Part shown: piece by piece, positions 37,144 through 47,676 of the stretch
Layout: the number at the start of each line of letters is the position of its first letter
Numbering within the stretch: the first letter of the stretch is position 1
DNA from: Actinomycetota bacterium
GTDB taxonomy: Bacteria; Actinomycetota; UBA4738; HRBIN12
Assembly: GCA_050692855.1 (NCBI GenBank)
Contig: JBOGVO010000258.1
Location: forward strand, 1-50,629
Direction of reading: 5' to 3'
Length of the DNA: 50,629 nt
The notes under the pieces: generated by a model
Databases searched by the model: none
Told to the model about the DNA's origin: nothing
What the model saw: the letters and a program-made list of their open reading frames with translations, nothing else
Made by a program: the position numbers and the translations under genes

Positions 37144-37548
37144 TCAGCCCGGCACGAAGCTGAGCAGCACGGTGCGGGAGTCGTTCTCCCGGTTCGGGTC
37201 GATCAACACGACCGACTGCCACGTGCCGAGCTGCAACCGTCCGTCGATCGCCGGCACCGTCAACGAGGAGGACACGAACACAGGGAGCAGGTGGTCGCCG
37301 CCGTGGCCGATCGATCCGTGCCGGTGCGCATATCGATCGTCGCGAGGGAACACCCTCTCGAGGAGCTCGTCGAGGTCACGCTCCGAGCCGCTCCCGGTCT
37401 CCATCAGCGCCACACCGGCCGTCGCATGGGGCACGAACACGTGCACGAGCCCGTCGCCCCCGGTCTCGGTCGCGAAGCGCGCGACCAGGTCGGTGAGGTC
37501 GCTCACCCGGCTCCCACGCGTATCCAGCCGCAAGGTCTCGGTGCGCAT
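37144..37548 (-). CDS. YjbQ/UPF0047 family protein (secondary thiamine-phosphate synthase-type)
   Basis: This is the C-terminal 134 codons of ORF 37144..37956, from ATG 37548. Motifs: VPHATAGVALMETGSG, DRYAHRH, GRLQLGTWQSVVLID. Confidence 0.8.
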   Translation of the reverse strand: MRTETLRLDTRGSRVSDLTDLVARFATETGGDGLVHVFVPHATAGVALMETGSGSERDLDELLERVFPRDDRYAHRHGSIGHGGDHLLPVFVSSSLTVPAIDGRLQLGTWQSVVLIDPNRENDSRTVLLSFVPG

Positions 37549-37555
37549 CGCTCGA

Positions 37556-38584
37556 TCAGCCCGCCACGCCGAAGACCGGGCTCCCCGGAGGAGCGGCGTG
37601 AGCCACCATCTCGACGTGCTCGCCCGGGACGAACGTGTCGAAGCCCAGACGCCATGCATGCGTGGGCCATCGGTAGTCCACGACACCTTCCCCCGGGCGG
37701 AGGGCCGCGGTGTACAGGGTGCCCCATCCGCTCGCGTAGGCGGTGCTGAACAGCGGGGCTCGCAGGAACGCGTCGGCGAACGCGTCGGCGTCGGCCGCGC
37801 CACCTCGAAGCAGGTCGAGGATGCACCGCTCGCGCTCGATCGTGCGCGTCGCCTCGGCCTGTTCCGGCCACTCGACGATGCCCTGATGGTTCGTCGCGGC
37901 GGGGAACGACCGGAAGATCGGCTCGCGATCGGGTGAGACGTACGCGGTGAGCACATCCCCGGAGCGGTCGACCAGGGTGAGGTTGTGCGCGAGACTGAAC
38001 GGCAGGCGCGCGATCGCCTCGCGAGCCTGGGCGACCGTCTCGCAGACCTCGAGCAGGTAGCGCACCACGATGGGGATGCCGAAGCCGTCGCCCATCACCC
38101 GCCGCCCGCCGAACGTCAACGACACCGCAAGGCCCGAGTCGTTCATGCCGTCGAGCAGCCCCCAGAGGCAGTCGCTCGTGCCGATGACGCGCCGTCCGAG
38201 CAGGCGGGTGGACCAGATCAAGCCCTCGAACCTGCTCGGCGCGTAGTCGTAGTTCCTCGCGAGCACGGGACCCCCGTCGCCGGTCCAGACCCCCTGCGAG
38301 CACGCGGCGAGGTACGGCGGCGGCCGGTACAGCGCAAGCATCCGCGCCGCGAGGTCCCCGCCGCCGGCGAGATCAACGACCCGCTCGTAGGCCGGAACGA
38401 GCTCAGGCATGTGGGCACGGAGCATGCGGACGCTGGTCGCGTACGAAGGCCTTGCTGCCTCGCCTTCCCGCAGGAACCACTCCCGGTAATGTGGCCAGCG
38501 CGACTCGAAGACCTCTGCCCAGATGGGTCCGAGCTCCAGCTCTTCGATCGCGCGGAACGTGAACGGCACCAAGGGCATCATCAC
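37556..38584 (-). CDS. Peptidase C45 / acyl-CoA:6-aminopenicillanic-acid acyltransferase-like Ntn hydrolase
   Basis: 342 aa. The candidate self-processing nucleophile is in YLAACSQGVW, followed by LARNYDY and GMNDSGLAVSL, typical of the family as I recall it. Possible starts are 38584, 38581 and 38578. Confidence 0.65.
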   Translation of the reverse strand: MMMPLVPFTFRAIEELELGPIWAEVFESRWPHYREWFLREGEAARPSYATSVRMLRAHMPELVPAYERVVDLAGGGDLAARMLALYRPPPYLAACSQGVWTGDGGPVLARNYDYAPSRFEGLIWSTRLLGRRVIGTSDCLWGLLDGMNDSGLAVSLTFGGRRVMGDGFGIPIVVRYLLEVCETVAQAREAIARLPFSLAHNLTLVDRSGDVLTAYVSPDREPIFRSFPAATNHQGIVEWPEQAEATRTIERERCILDLLRGGAADADAFADAFLRAPLFSTAYASGWGTLYTAALRPGEGVVDYRWPTHAWRLGFDTFVPGEHVEMVAHAAPPGSPVFGVAG

Positions 38585-38611
38585 CTGACTCGTCGGATCT
38601 CGGATCGACCG

Positions 38612-40183
38612 CTACAGCATCTTGAAGCCGAACGGTTCCGGCTCGACCGGGGAATGCGCTTCTCGGGGCGGCGGCACGCTTCGGAATCGTGACTTGATGC
38701 CCGTGATCCACGCTCTCGCCCGGTCGACCAGCTCGTGTTCGTCGTCGAGGAACCGCCCTCGGGTGACCAGGATACCGAGGTCGGCGCCCGGATATCGGTA
38801 GCCACCGGCATCCGCGATCCGCAGGTAGAACGCCTCCGACTCGTCGGCGACGCTGTGCCAATCGGTGTCGGGGCGCGCGAAGGTCACGGCCCCGTCGTCC
38901 ATGCGCCAGATGCCCGACGGCGGCGCCTCGGTGATCAGCTCCACCGTGTCCTCGGTCTGCTTGAGGATGAACTGGGTCCACTCGTCGACGTTGCCGGGAT
39001 GTGCCCACCGTCGGTTCAGCTCGTCCACGTCGATCTCGTACTCGACGTCCATGAACTCGAGCAGGTGGAAGAGGAACAACGGCATGTCGCCGTATGCGAC
39101 CGCCGTCACGTTGGTGATGCTGCTCGCTCCGGTCACCCGCGGGTTCAGCTCGCCCAGATACATCTCCCCCGAGCTCATATCGGCTAGGAAGTCCAGCTCG
39201 AAGTACCCTCGGTACCCCTCCCGACGGAGGCGCTCTCCCACGGCGTATGTGCGCTTCCGCGCGAGCCGCCGCTGCTCCGCGGTGAGCACCTCTGGGAACA
39301 CGTCGTTGCCGCACCATCCACCGTCGTACGGCGTGAGCTCGGGGAAGCCGGTCAGCTCGGCCATCAGCGGCCCCACCAGCGTGCCGTGGCGCGTGATGAC
39401 GCCCTCGATGGCCGTCTCCCGCGGATCGATGCGTCGCATCACCTTGAGGTCGTGCCCGGCGATCTTCTTCTCGTCCACCTTCCAGTCGCGCTCGCTCGCC
39501 ACGAAGAAGGTGGTCTGGCCCGAGTCCCCGTACGGCGTCTGGATCACGAGGTCTTCGCCGAGGTTCGCCCCGATCGCGAGATCGAGCACCTCGCGATAGC
39601 TCGAGGCTCGGCCCATGACGTTCGGCACGCTCGGCACACCGGCCTCATCGGCGAGCCGGGTGGTCTCGATCTTCGAGTCGAGGCGGTGGCGCAGCGCCGC
39701 CGGCGGGAACGCGACCTCGAGGCCGAGCTCGTCGGCGAGGCGCTCGGTCTCCTCGTCGAACATCAGGAAGGCCACCCGTCCCCCCGGCCCCCGGCCGCGG
39801 ACGTAGTCCACGACCTCCTTGTGCCCCAACAGATAGTTGCAGATGCCCTCGATCGACTCGAAGGCTCGGGGAGCCCTTTCCTTCGGCACGAACACGTTCG
39901 GGTGCCACCCGTCGAACGAGTCGTAGTAGTTCACGAAGCGGAAGTTGCGGACCCAGCGGTCGATGCCGAGGAGGTTGAACGCCGTCGCCGAGACGAAGTA
40001 GACGGGCGTCTCGTTCGTGCGGAAGTAGTGACGGATCGCCGGGATGCCCGCCAGGGGGGTCTGCACCACGGACGGAAGGTACACCCGTTCCCCCACGCCG
40101 TGCGCGGCCTCGGCGTCGGAGGCGCACCCAGGGCTTGACGAGGCCCATGTAATGATGTAATCATGCTTGCATGAAGAAGTCAC
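38612..40183 (-). CDS. ATP-grasp-type ligase with long N- and C-terminal extensions
   Basis: The ATP-grasp core runs from about residue 165 (LDSKIETTRLADEAGVP) to YFELDF...MYLGELNPRVTGAS. The longest ORF start (40183) overlaps the divergent gene's ATG by 13 nt, so GTG 40096 or 40084 may be the true start. Confidence 0.7.
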   Translation of the reverse strand: MTSSCKHDYIITWASSSPGCASDAEAAHGVGERVYLPSVVQTPLAGIPAIRHYFRTNETPVYFVSATAFNLLGIDRWVRNFRFVNYYDSFDGWHPNVFVPKERAPRAFESIEGICNYLLGHKEVVDYVRGRGPGGRVAFLMFDEETERLADELGLEVAFPPAALRHRLDSKIETTRLADEAGVPSVPNVMGRASSYREVLDLAIGANLGEDLVIQTPYGDSGQTTFFVASERDWKVDEKKIAGHDLKVMRRIDPRETAIEGVITRHGTLVGPLMAELTGFPELTPYDGGWCGNDVFPEVLTAEQRRLARKRTYAVGERLRREGYRGYFELDFLADMSSGEMYLGELNPRVTGASSITNVTAVAYGDMPLFLFHLLEFMDVEYEIDVDELNRRWAHPGNVDEWTQFILKQTEDTVELITEAPPSGIWRMDDGAVTFARPDTDWHSVADESEAFYLRIADAGGYRYPGADLGILVTRGRFLDDEHELVDRARAWITGIKSRFRSVPPPREAHSPVEPEPFGFKML

Positions 40184-40710
40184 ACGCCCAGCACGCCGGC
40201 GCTTCGGACGACGAGATCCGGGGGTGGTTCGCGGGCCGGCTCCCGGACGATTGGTTCACCGCCCCGGTCGAGGTCACCACCGATCGAGACGAGATCTTGA
40301 TCGTCGGAGAGATCGCTGCCCCCGACCTGGCCGACGGCGAGAACGAAGAGACACGCGCGTCAGCGATCGCCGCCCGGGTCGGCGGCTTCCGCGAGGACAC
40401 ACGAGCCCGGCGCATGCGGATCGCCGACGAGGCACAGGGGCGGTTCGGCCGCACGGTGAGCTGGGGTGTCGCCTGTGCCGACCGTCGGGTCTCCTTCACG
40501 ACGCTCAGCCTCCCGGCGATGACCCGCCTCCGGATGCCCGAGCGCCGCGTCCTCGACACCCTCGTCGACGCAGGGGTCGCGCGGAGCCGCAGCCACGCCC
40601 TGGCATGGTGCGTGCGGCTCGTGGCCGAGCGGCAGGACGAATGGCTCAACGATCTCCGGGGGGCGCTCACCCAGGTCGAGCAGGTCCGGGCCGAGGGACC
40701 TCAGGACTGA
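40171..40710 (+). CDS. Hypothetical protein with C-terminal ribbon-helix-helix-like segment
   Basis: 179 aa. TRLRMPERRVLDTLVDAGVARSRSHALAWCVRLV fits the beta-strand/helix/helix pattern of CopG/Arc-type RHH domains. The ATG sits at the edge of an AT-rich island. Confidence 0.6.
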   Translation: MKKSHAQHAGASDDEIRGWFAGRLPDDWFTAPVEVTTDRDEILIVGEIAAPDLADGENEETRASAIAARVGGFREDTRARRMRIADEAQGRFGRTVSWGVACADRRVSFTTLSLPAMTRLRMPERRVLDTLVDAGVARSRSHALAWCVRLVAERQDEWLNDLRGALTQVEQVRAEGPQD

Positions 40711-40946
40711 GGATCGGTCCCGGCCTCCGACGAATCGGTCGGACGTTCGAGCGCGACGATCATGTTCACCGCGCTCCGGACCACCACCCGCTCTCCGGCG
40801 CGCAGGTCACTCGGTACGCTCTCCGAACCGAGTCGCGCGGTCGCGACCGAGCGATCCCGATAGGCCACCGTGACGTCGACGTAGCTCACCCCGTGCACGT
40901 CGAAGGGGCGAACGTCGACCACCATCGCCTCCACCTCACCAAGCAC
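40701..40946 (-). CDS. Small hypothetical protein
   Basis: 81-aa ORF with GTG 40946 and an alternative ATG at 40925 behind GGAGG. Coding-like third-position GC is moderate. I recognise no family. Confidence 0.4.
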   Translation of the reverse strand: MLGEVEAMVVDVRPFDVHGVSYVDVTVAYRDRSVATARLGSESVPSDLRAGERVVVRSAVNMIVALERPTDSSEAGTDPQS

Positions 40947-41071
40947 GACGGCAGCCTACCCCACGGTTCGTAGCGCCCTGCGCAGATGCGTCATGGTGTG
41001 AGAGCATCCCCGGCGTGCGGTCCCCCGTGACCCCGCTCAAGGCCTCACGGATCCCTGCCGAACGTGGTCCT

Positions 41072-42385
41072 ATGGACCGAGGGGGAACCGGGCTTCGGCT
41101 CCGCCGTGGGGTGATCGTCGCCGCCGTGATCGGCACGCTGGGAACCGTGACGGTCCCCGGCGGAGCGACGGCGACCGCGGTAGGGAGCGCCCGCGGACCG
41201 GGAGCCCTACAGGGGTCGGGGGAGCCCGGATCGGGCCCGGCGCCCTTCCCCGTGCAACTCCCGCTCGCTCGGTCGCCCCGGGCTGCCTCGTTCGCCTGGA
41301 GCGACCTCGGCGGCTCCGATGCATGGGCGAGGACCGCGATCGACTTCGTCGGCAAGCGGAACGATTGGATGCGCGACTTCGCGCCCAGACCCGACGGCTC
41401 GGTGCCGTTCCGTCCCGACATGATCGAGACCCGGAAGTACCTCGCTCGCGCGATGGTCAAGGCGCTCGCGCCGCGCGCCGACGTCGATCCCTCGATCACC
41501 TTCACCGATCTCGACCCTACGCAGGCCTTCTATCGATGGGCGAACATCGCCGTGCAACACCGGTGGATCGCCCGTACATCCGACGGGCGGTTCCTGCCGG
41601 ACCAGTCGATCACGACGGGAACCCTGCACGCGGCCCTGGTGCGCGCGCTCGGCATGCGGGCGATCGCTCGGCAGCTCGACCGGTTGCACACTCGTGACGG
41701 GGTTTCCTTCCCGACCCCGGCTCGCTTCGGAGCCCTGCTGCTCGGGCTCCGGCTCGGGCTGCGATACAACAACCCCAACGAGGCGAAGGACGTGGGACCG
41801 CGCACGCCGCTGTCGAGAGCGCAGGTCGCCTACTCGTTGTACAAGGCCGCGACACTGCCCGACTGGGTGGTGCCGTGGGTCCGCGACCAGTACGAGGGCA
41901 TCGTGCTCCCGAGGATGGGTCCCAAGCGGCTGGCCATCGTTCGCTGGGGCGTGCGCTACATCGGATACCCCTACGTCTGGGGCGGTGAGTGGGGCCTCAG
42001 CTCGCCCGCTCCGGCCGGGCTCGGCGGTCAGCCGATCCCCGGGTTCGACTGCTCCGGTCTCTCGTGGTGGGCCTTGCGCGCCAACGATGGCGGCGCGTGG
42101 AAGGTGCGTCCACCGCGGCCCTATGCGGGCTGGCCCCTGCCACAGCGGACGTCGGCCGACATGGCTCGCTTCGGCTCGCTGTCGTACAAGCGACTCCGTC
42201 CCGGCGACCTGATGTTCTACGACGGGAACGACGACGGCACCGTCGATCACGTCGACGTCTACATCGGCAACGGCTACGCCCTGGACTCGTCGAGCACGCC
42301 CGGGGGGGTCACCATCATGTGGGTCCGCAGCGGCTGGTACCGCGAGCACTTCGTGCACGGGCGGCGCATCCTGCCGACGCCCTGA
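41072..42385 (+). CDS. Secreted NlpC/P60 (C40) cell-wall peptidase with N-terminal SLH-like repeats
   Basis: Trimmed to ATG 41072, which gives the signal RLRRGVIVAAVIGTLGTVTVPGGATA. The C-terminal region is GYPYVWGGEW...GFDCSGLSWWAL...DHVDVYIGNGYALDSS. The repeats FTDLDPTQAFYRWANIAVQHRWI resemble SLH. Confidence 0.8.
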   Translation: MDRGGTGLRLRRGVIVAAVIGTLGTVTVPGGATATAVGSARGPGALQGSGEPGSGPAPFPVQLPLARSPRAASFAWSDLGGSDAWARTAIDFVGKRNDWMRDFAPRPDGSVPFRPDMIETRKYLARAMVKALAPRADVDPSITFTDLDPTQAFYRWANIAVQHRWIARTSDGRFLPDQSITTGTLHAALVRALGMRAIARQLDRLHTRDGVSFPTPARFGALLLGLRLGLRYNNPNEAKDVGPRTPLSRAQVAYSLYKAATLPDWVVPWVRDQYEGIVLPRMGPKRLAIVRWGVRYIGYPYVWGGEWGLSSPAPAGLGGQPIPGFDCSGLSWWALRANDGGAWKVRPPRPYAGWPLPQRTSADMARFGSLSYKRLRPGDLMFYDGNDDGTVDHVDVYIGNGYALDSSSTPGGVTIMWVRSGWYREHFVHGRRILPTP

Positions 42386-42787
42386 TCATTCCCCGGACCC
42401 ATCGATCTCCTCCTGCAGCACCGCGCGCTCGGCGTCGGTGAGTGGACGGCTCCAGACCTCGTCCGGCGCCCTCGGCACGATCACGGCTTCGGCCTCGGCG
42501 GCGAGCGTGCCGTCGGAACGCTCGACCCGCTCGATCGTCCTGATGCTCGAGCGCCCGTACCCGGCCACGCCGCAGCGAACGACGACCTCGCCGTCGGCCT
42601 GGGTGAGCTGACTCCGGAAGTCGATCCCCACGTGCGCCAGCACGAAATCCCACGCTTCCCCGGCCCCGAACAGATCCTCGACCATGCGATCGCGACATTC
42701 CTCGAGATAGTTCAGGTACACGGCGTTGTTCACGTGTCCGTAGTTGTCGATGTCGCGCCACCTGATGCGCAGCCTGACCTCGTGCAT
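42386..42787 (-). CDS. Acyl-CoA thioesterase (4HBT/YbgC-like hotdog fold)
   Basis: Trimmed to ATG 42787: MHEVRLRIRWRDIDNYGHVNNAVYLNYLEECR... The upstream extension to 42901 has non-coding-like codons and contains a hairpin. Confidence 0.75.
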   Translation of the reverse strand: MHEVRLRIRWRDIDNYGHVNNAVYLNYLEECRDRMVEDLFGAGEAWDFVLAHVGIDFRSQLTQADGEVVVRCGVAGYGRSSIRTIERVERSDGTLAAEAEAVIVPRAPDEVWSRPLTDAERAVLQEEIDGSGE

Positions 42788-42845
42788 GGGCCGTATCCTG
42801 CCACGCCGTTGAGATCGGTCGGCGCTCGCGGGGGACCGCACATGG

Positions 42846-42880
42846 GAGAAGGCCCCGGGCGGGGGGCCCGAGGCCTTCTC
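42846..42880. other. Strong GC-rich hairpin (9 bp + 5 bp stem, 5-nt loop) in a 350-nt non-coding stretch
   Basis: gagaaggcc-c-cgggc-ggggg-gcccg-a-ggccttctc. Its 3' arm can alternatively pair in ttctc-tgtcg-gagag (42877-42891). Confidence 0.5.
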
Positions 42881-43086
42881 TGTCGGAGAGAGGGGCTCCA
42901 CCCCTACTTCGGCCCGGCCGGGGCGGCGGTTCGATCACCCGATGTTGCGGTTGTGTGACGGACTCAGCCGCCGTCGGCCATCCGCCGCTCGACCTCCTCG
43001 TCGGCGCGGATGCGGCTGGGCGCGGATCCGGTGACCGGCGTCGAGCTCGGCCACCGGTCAACCCCGCGACCACAGCCAGAGAACGA

Positions 43087-43114
43087 GAACGGGACCCCCG
43101 GAGGGGTCCCGTTC
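43087..43114 (-). terminator. groEL intrinsic terminator candidate
   Basis: gaacgggacccc-cgga-ggggtcccgttc is a perfect 12-bp stem 24 nt after the groEL stop. On the minus strand it is followed by tcgttctct. Confidence 0.65.
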
Positions 43115-43137
43115 AGGAGCGCTGAGCGAGCTTCGGC

Positions 43138-44817
<1,680 letters not shown>

Positions 44818-44837
44818 TCAGCCGAGGTTCCCGACTG

Positions 44838-44864
44838 CTAGCACTCGGGGGTACCGAGTGCTAA
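44838..44864. promoter_or_regulatory. CIRCE element (HrcA operator) upstream of groEL
   Basis: cTAGCACTC-gggggtacc-GAGTGCTAA, compared with the consensus TTAGCACTC-N9-GAGTGCTAA. It lies 75 nt upstream of the groEL start. Confidence 0.88.
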
Positions 44865-45019
44865 CGATTGTAGCCGGAAACCGGGGGCAGGTGACAAGGC
44901 GCCGGACGAGCTCAGTGGTCATCGGCCGAAGGACCGTAGCATCTGTCGGGTATCCGACACTCCCCGTCCGGCGGTCCGGCGTTAGGCTCCCCGCGCCGGC
45001 ACGAAGGAGAGAGATCCGT

Positions 45020-46801
45020 TTGGTCACCACGACCGACTGGCGACAGCGTCTGACCGCACCGACGATCGACGACGTGTCGTGGACCGACCGGGCGCCCGAG
45101 CGACTCGCCGTCGTGACGACGGAGAGCGGCACCTCGCAGGCATGGGCGTGGGACCTCGCCACCGGTGAGCGCCGCCAGGCCTCGGACGAGGGGGTGGGCG
45201 CCGAGGAGGCGCATCTCATGCCCGACGGCGCCGGTGTCGTGTGGTGGCTCGATCGGCATGGCGACGAACGGGGTCGGTGGATGGTCTCGCCGTTCGTGGG
45301 CGGCGATCCTCGGCCGCTGCTCCCCGAGCTGCCCGACATGTGGATGTCTGGACTTTCGCTGGTCGGCGACGCCGTGGCGGCCGGGTTCTCGGGCGACGAT
45401 GCCTACGTGGTGGTGACCCGCCGCGGCTCGGACCCCTCTCGCGAGCTCTACCGGCACGAGCAACCGGCCGGCGTGGGGCAGGACTGGCCCCAGGGTCCCG
45501 GCGGGCTCTCGGCCGACGCGACGCTGCTCACGATCTGGCATTCAGAAGCCTCGAACATCGAGAACCCCTCGGTGCGGGTTCTGGACGCTCGTACCGGCGA
45601 GGCGATCGGTGAGATCGCCGACGACGGCATGGCGGTCGTCGCCGCCGGTTGGTCACCGGTGCCGGGCGACGAGCGACTGGTGGTGCTGCGGGAGATCGGA
45701 GGCTACACGCGCCCGTGGCTCTGGGCGCCGCGGACCGGGGCGCTCGGCGAGATCGAGGTCGAGCTGCCGGGAGGGTTGACGCTCGCCGACTGGTTCCCCG
45801 ACGCTCGTGCGTTGCTGCTGCACCGCGACCACGACGCGACCCACGAGCTCATCCGCGTCGACCTGGAGCGTGGCGTGGTCACCACCGTCGTCGGGGCGGG
45901 AGGAACGATCGGGCGCGCCGGTGTCCGGCCGGACGGCCGGGTGTGGTACCGCCACGAGAACGGCGAGTCTCCGCCGACCTGGCGCGACGCTGCCACGGGC
46001 GAGCTCGCGTTGGGCCTCGACGACGCGCCTCCCCCGGGCCGCGCGTGGGAGACGGTGTGGTTCGAGAATCCGGCCGGTCAGCGCATCCAGGGATGGTTCC
46101 TGCGACCCGACGGTGAACCGCCGTTCCCGACGGTCGTCTCGGTGCACGGGGGACCCAACTACCACAACACCGACGCATACGAGCCGCGACGACAGGCGTT
46201 CGCCGACGAAGGCTTCGCGGTGCTGCTCGTGAACTACCGGGGATCGACGGGGTATGGACGCGAGTTCCGACAGGCCCTCTACGGCGACATCGGGTTCCCG
46301 GAGTCCGAGGACATCAACGCGGGCCTCGACCACGTGATCGACGCAGGGCTCGTCGACGCGGAGCGTGTGTTCCTCGAAGGGTGGTCATGGGGCGGGTACC
46401 TGGCGACGCTCAACGCGGGGCTGCATCCCGACCGATGGCGCGGGGTGATCGCCGGCATCCCGGTCGGCGACTCGGTGGCCGCGCACTACGAGAGCGCGCC
46501 GTCGCTCCAGGCCTGGGACGTCGCCGTGATGGGCGGCACCCCCATGGAGGTGCCCGAGCTCTTCCGCGAGCGCAACCCGATGACCTATGTGGACCGCGTG
46601 AAGGCTCCGATGCTGATGATCGCCGGCGAGCACGACAGCCGCTGCCCGCTCGGCCAGGTGATGACCTATGCACACGCGCTCCGCGTCCGCGGGCGCGAGG
46701 TCGACGTGCATCTCTATCCCGGGGGTCACCACGCGAACGATGTCGACGAGCAGATCCGGCACGTGGAGCTGATGCTCGCGTTCATGCGCCGTCACTCGTG
46801 A
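45020..46801 (+). CDS. S9-family serine peptidase (prolyl oligopeptidase / acylaminoacyl-peptidase type)
   Basis: This is ORF 44177..46801 trimmed to TTG 45020, behind GAAGGAGAG. It has an N-terminal beta-propeller-like region. The C-terminal hydrolase domain has VSVHGGP, the nucleophile GWSWGG and GEHDSRCP. Confidence 0.85.
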   Translation: MVTTTDWRQRLTAPTIDDVSWTDRAPERLAVVTTESGTSQAWAWDLATGERRQASDEGVGAEEAHLMPDGAGVVWWLDRHGDERGRWMVSPFVGGDPRPLLPELPDMWMSGLSLVGDAVAAGFSGDDAYVVVTRRGSDPSRELYRHEQPAGVGQDWPQGPGGLSADATLLTIWHSEASNIENPSVRVLDARTGEAIGEIADDGMAVVAAGWSPVPGDERLVVLREIGGYTRPWLWAPRTGALGEIEVELPGGLTLADWFPDARALLLHRDHDATHELIRVDLERGVVTTVVGAGGTIGRAGVRPDGRVWYRHENGESPPTWRDAATGELALGLDDAPPPGRAWETVWFENPAGQRIQGWFLRPDGEPPFPTVVSVHGGPNYHNTDAYEPRRQAFADEGFAVLLVNYRGSTGYGREFRQALYGDIGFPESEDINAGLDHVIDAGLVDAERVFLEGWSWGGYLATLNAGLHPDRWRGVIAGIPVGDSVAAHYESAPSLQAWDVAVMGGTPMEVPELFRERNPMTYVDRVKAPMLMIAGEHDSRCPLGQVMTYAHALRVRGREVDVHLYPGGHHANDVDEQIRHVELMLAFMRRHS

Positions 46802-47672
46802 CCGCCGATCCAACCGACGTCCGCGGCAACTGCGAGATCTCGGCGGAGAGCAGGAAGAGCCACATCGTCGCGTAGAGGAACGCCAGCAGTCCGAAGATGG
46901 CACCGATCGTGCCGTACAGCGCCGTGCTGCGGGTCACGACCCCAGTCACGTACGCCGCCCCGAAGCGCTCCAGCACGAGGAACCCGACCGTGAACACGAG
47001 CGCTCCGGGGAGATGCTCCCGCAGCGAGGGGCCTGGAGAGGGCGTCAGCAACCGATAGACCATGGCCCAGATCGCGGCGCCGAGGATCGCGAGCACGGCG
47101 AGGGCGCCCACCTCCGTGACCACGCCGATCGTGCCGGTCAGGCGCAGCCGGGTCACCCAGGCGACCGACGTCGCGAACCCGACCAGCAGGATCACCACCG
47201 GCACCCCGAACACGGCTCCGCTCAGTCGGCCCACGACGAGTCCCGTCCTGCGGGTTCGAAACACCGCCCCGAGCGCGTGCCTGACACGAGCCACGAACCC
47301 CGATGCGGCGTAGACGATACCCACCAACCCGACCAGCCCCGTGCCGATCTGTGAGGCGGTCGCCAGCTCCAGCTGGGTCGAGACCACGTCGTCGAATCCG
47401 GGGAGCAGGTCCCCCACGGCGTCGATCAGATCCTTCTGGACGTTCTCGGCCTGTTGCTGGAAGACGATGCCCACGACGGAGATCGACAGGAGCAGGAGCG
47501 GCGGCAACGACAGGAATGCACCGTAGGTCAGCGAGCCTGCCTCGACGCCCAGCTGGTCCTCTTCCACCCGGTCGGCGAGCGCGAGGGCAGGCCGGAGCAC
47601 CCGCCGAGCGAACCCTGTGTCGCGGGCCGCCACCCGGTCGGCGCGCGCACGGACACGCTCCACGATCGGCAC
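46782..47672 (-). CDS. YihY/BrkB-family membrane protein
   Basis: 296 aa, GTG start. It has [21 protein letters not shown] and six hydrophobic spans. Confidence 0.8.
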   Translation of the reverse strand: MPIVERVRARADRVAARDTGFARRVLRPALALADRVEEDQLGVEAGSLTYGAFLSLPPLLLLSISVVGIVFQQQAENVQKDLIDAVGDLLPGFDDVVSTQLELATASQIGTGLVGLVGIVYAASGFVARVRHALGAVFRTRRTGLVVGRLSGAVFGVPVVILLVGFATSVAWVTRLRLTGTIGVVTEVGALAVLAILGAAIWAMVYRLLTPSPGPSLREHLPGALVFTVGFLVLERFGAAYVTGVVTRSTALYGTIGAIFGLLAFLYATMWLFLLSAEISQLPRTSVGSAVTSDGA

Positions 47673-47676
47673 GCGC

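Noticed and set aside
41079-41115. The segment gagggggaacc...hairpin...gtggggtgatcg resembles the GGGGGACCCA and GGGGUGAAUC boxes of the ydaO (c-di-AMP) riboswitch, which often precedes cell-wall hydrolase genes in Actinomycetota.
   Set aside because: The segment lies inside the best reading frame, where it encodes the signal peptide RGGTGLRLRRGVIVAAVIG. The obligatory downstream ACCCGAACCCG...CAGCUAACC half of the motif is absent. Only a covariance-model scan could revive this idea.
42788-42901. A longer start (GTG 42901) for the thioesterase, adding 38 residues.
   Set aside because: The extension contains the 14-bp hairpin, has several A/T-ending codons (cga tct caa ... agg ata) unlike the gene body, and adds a low-complexity peptide. 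The hotdog-fold domain begins right at ATG 42787.
42928-42936. A ggttcgatc T-loop-like motif suggested a tRNA or tRNA remnant in the groEL-thioesterase spacer.
   Set aside because: The flanking bases do not form a T-stem (ggcgg versus acccg). No acceptor, D or anticodon arms can be drawn.
42964-43137. An in-frame, GC3-rich 57-codon continuation after the groEL TGA suggested read-through or a C-terminal extension.
   Set aside because: The GroEL C-terminus ([10 protein letters not shown]) is already complete and canonical. The continuation includes the terminator hairpin and has no homology that I can recognise. High GC3 alone is weak evidence in this genome.
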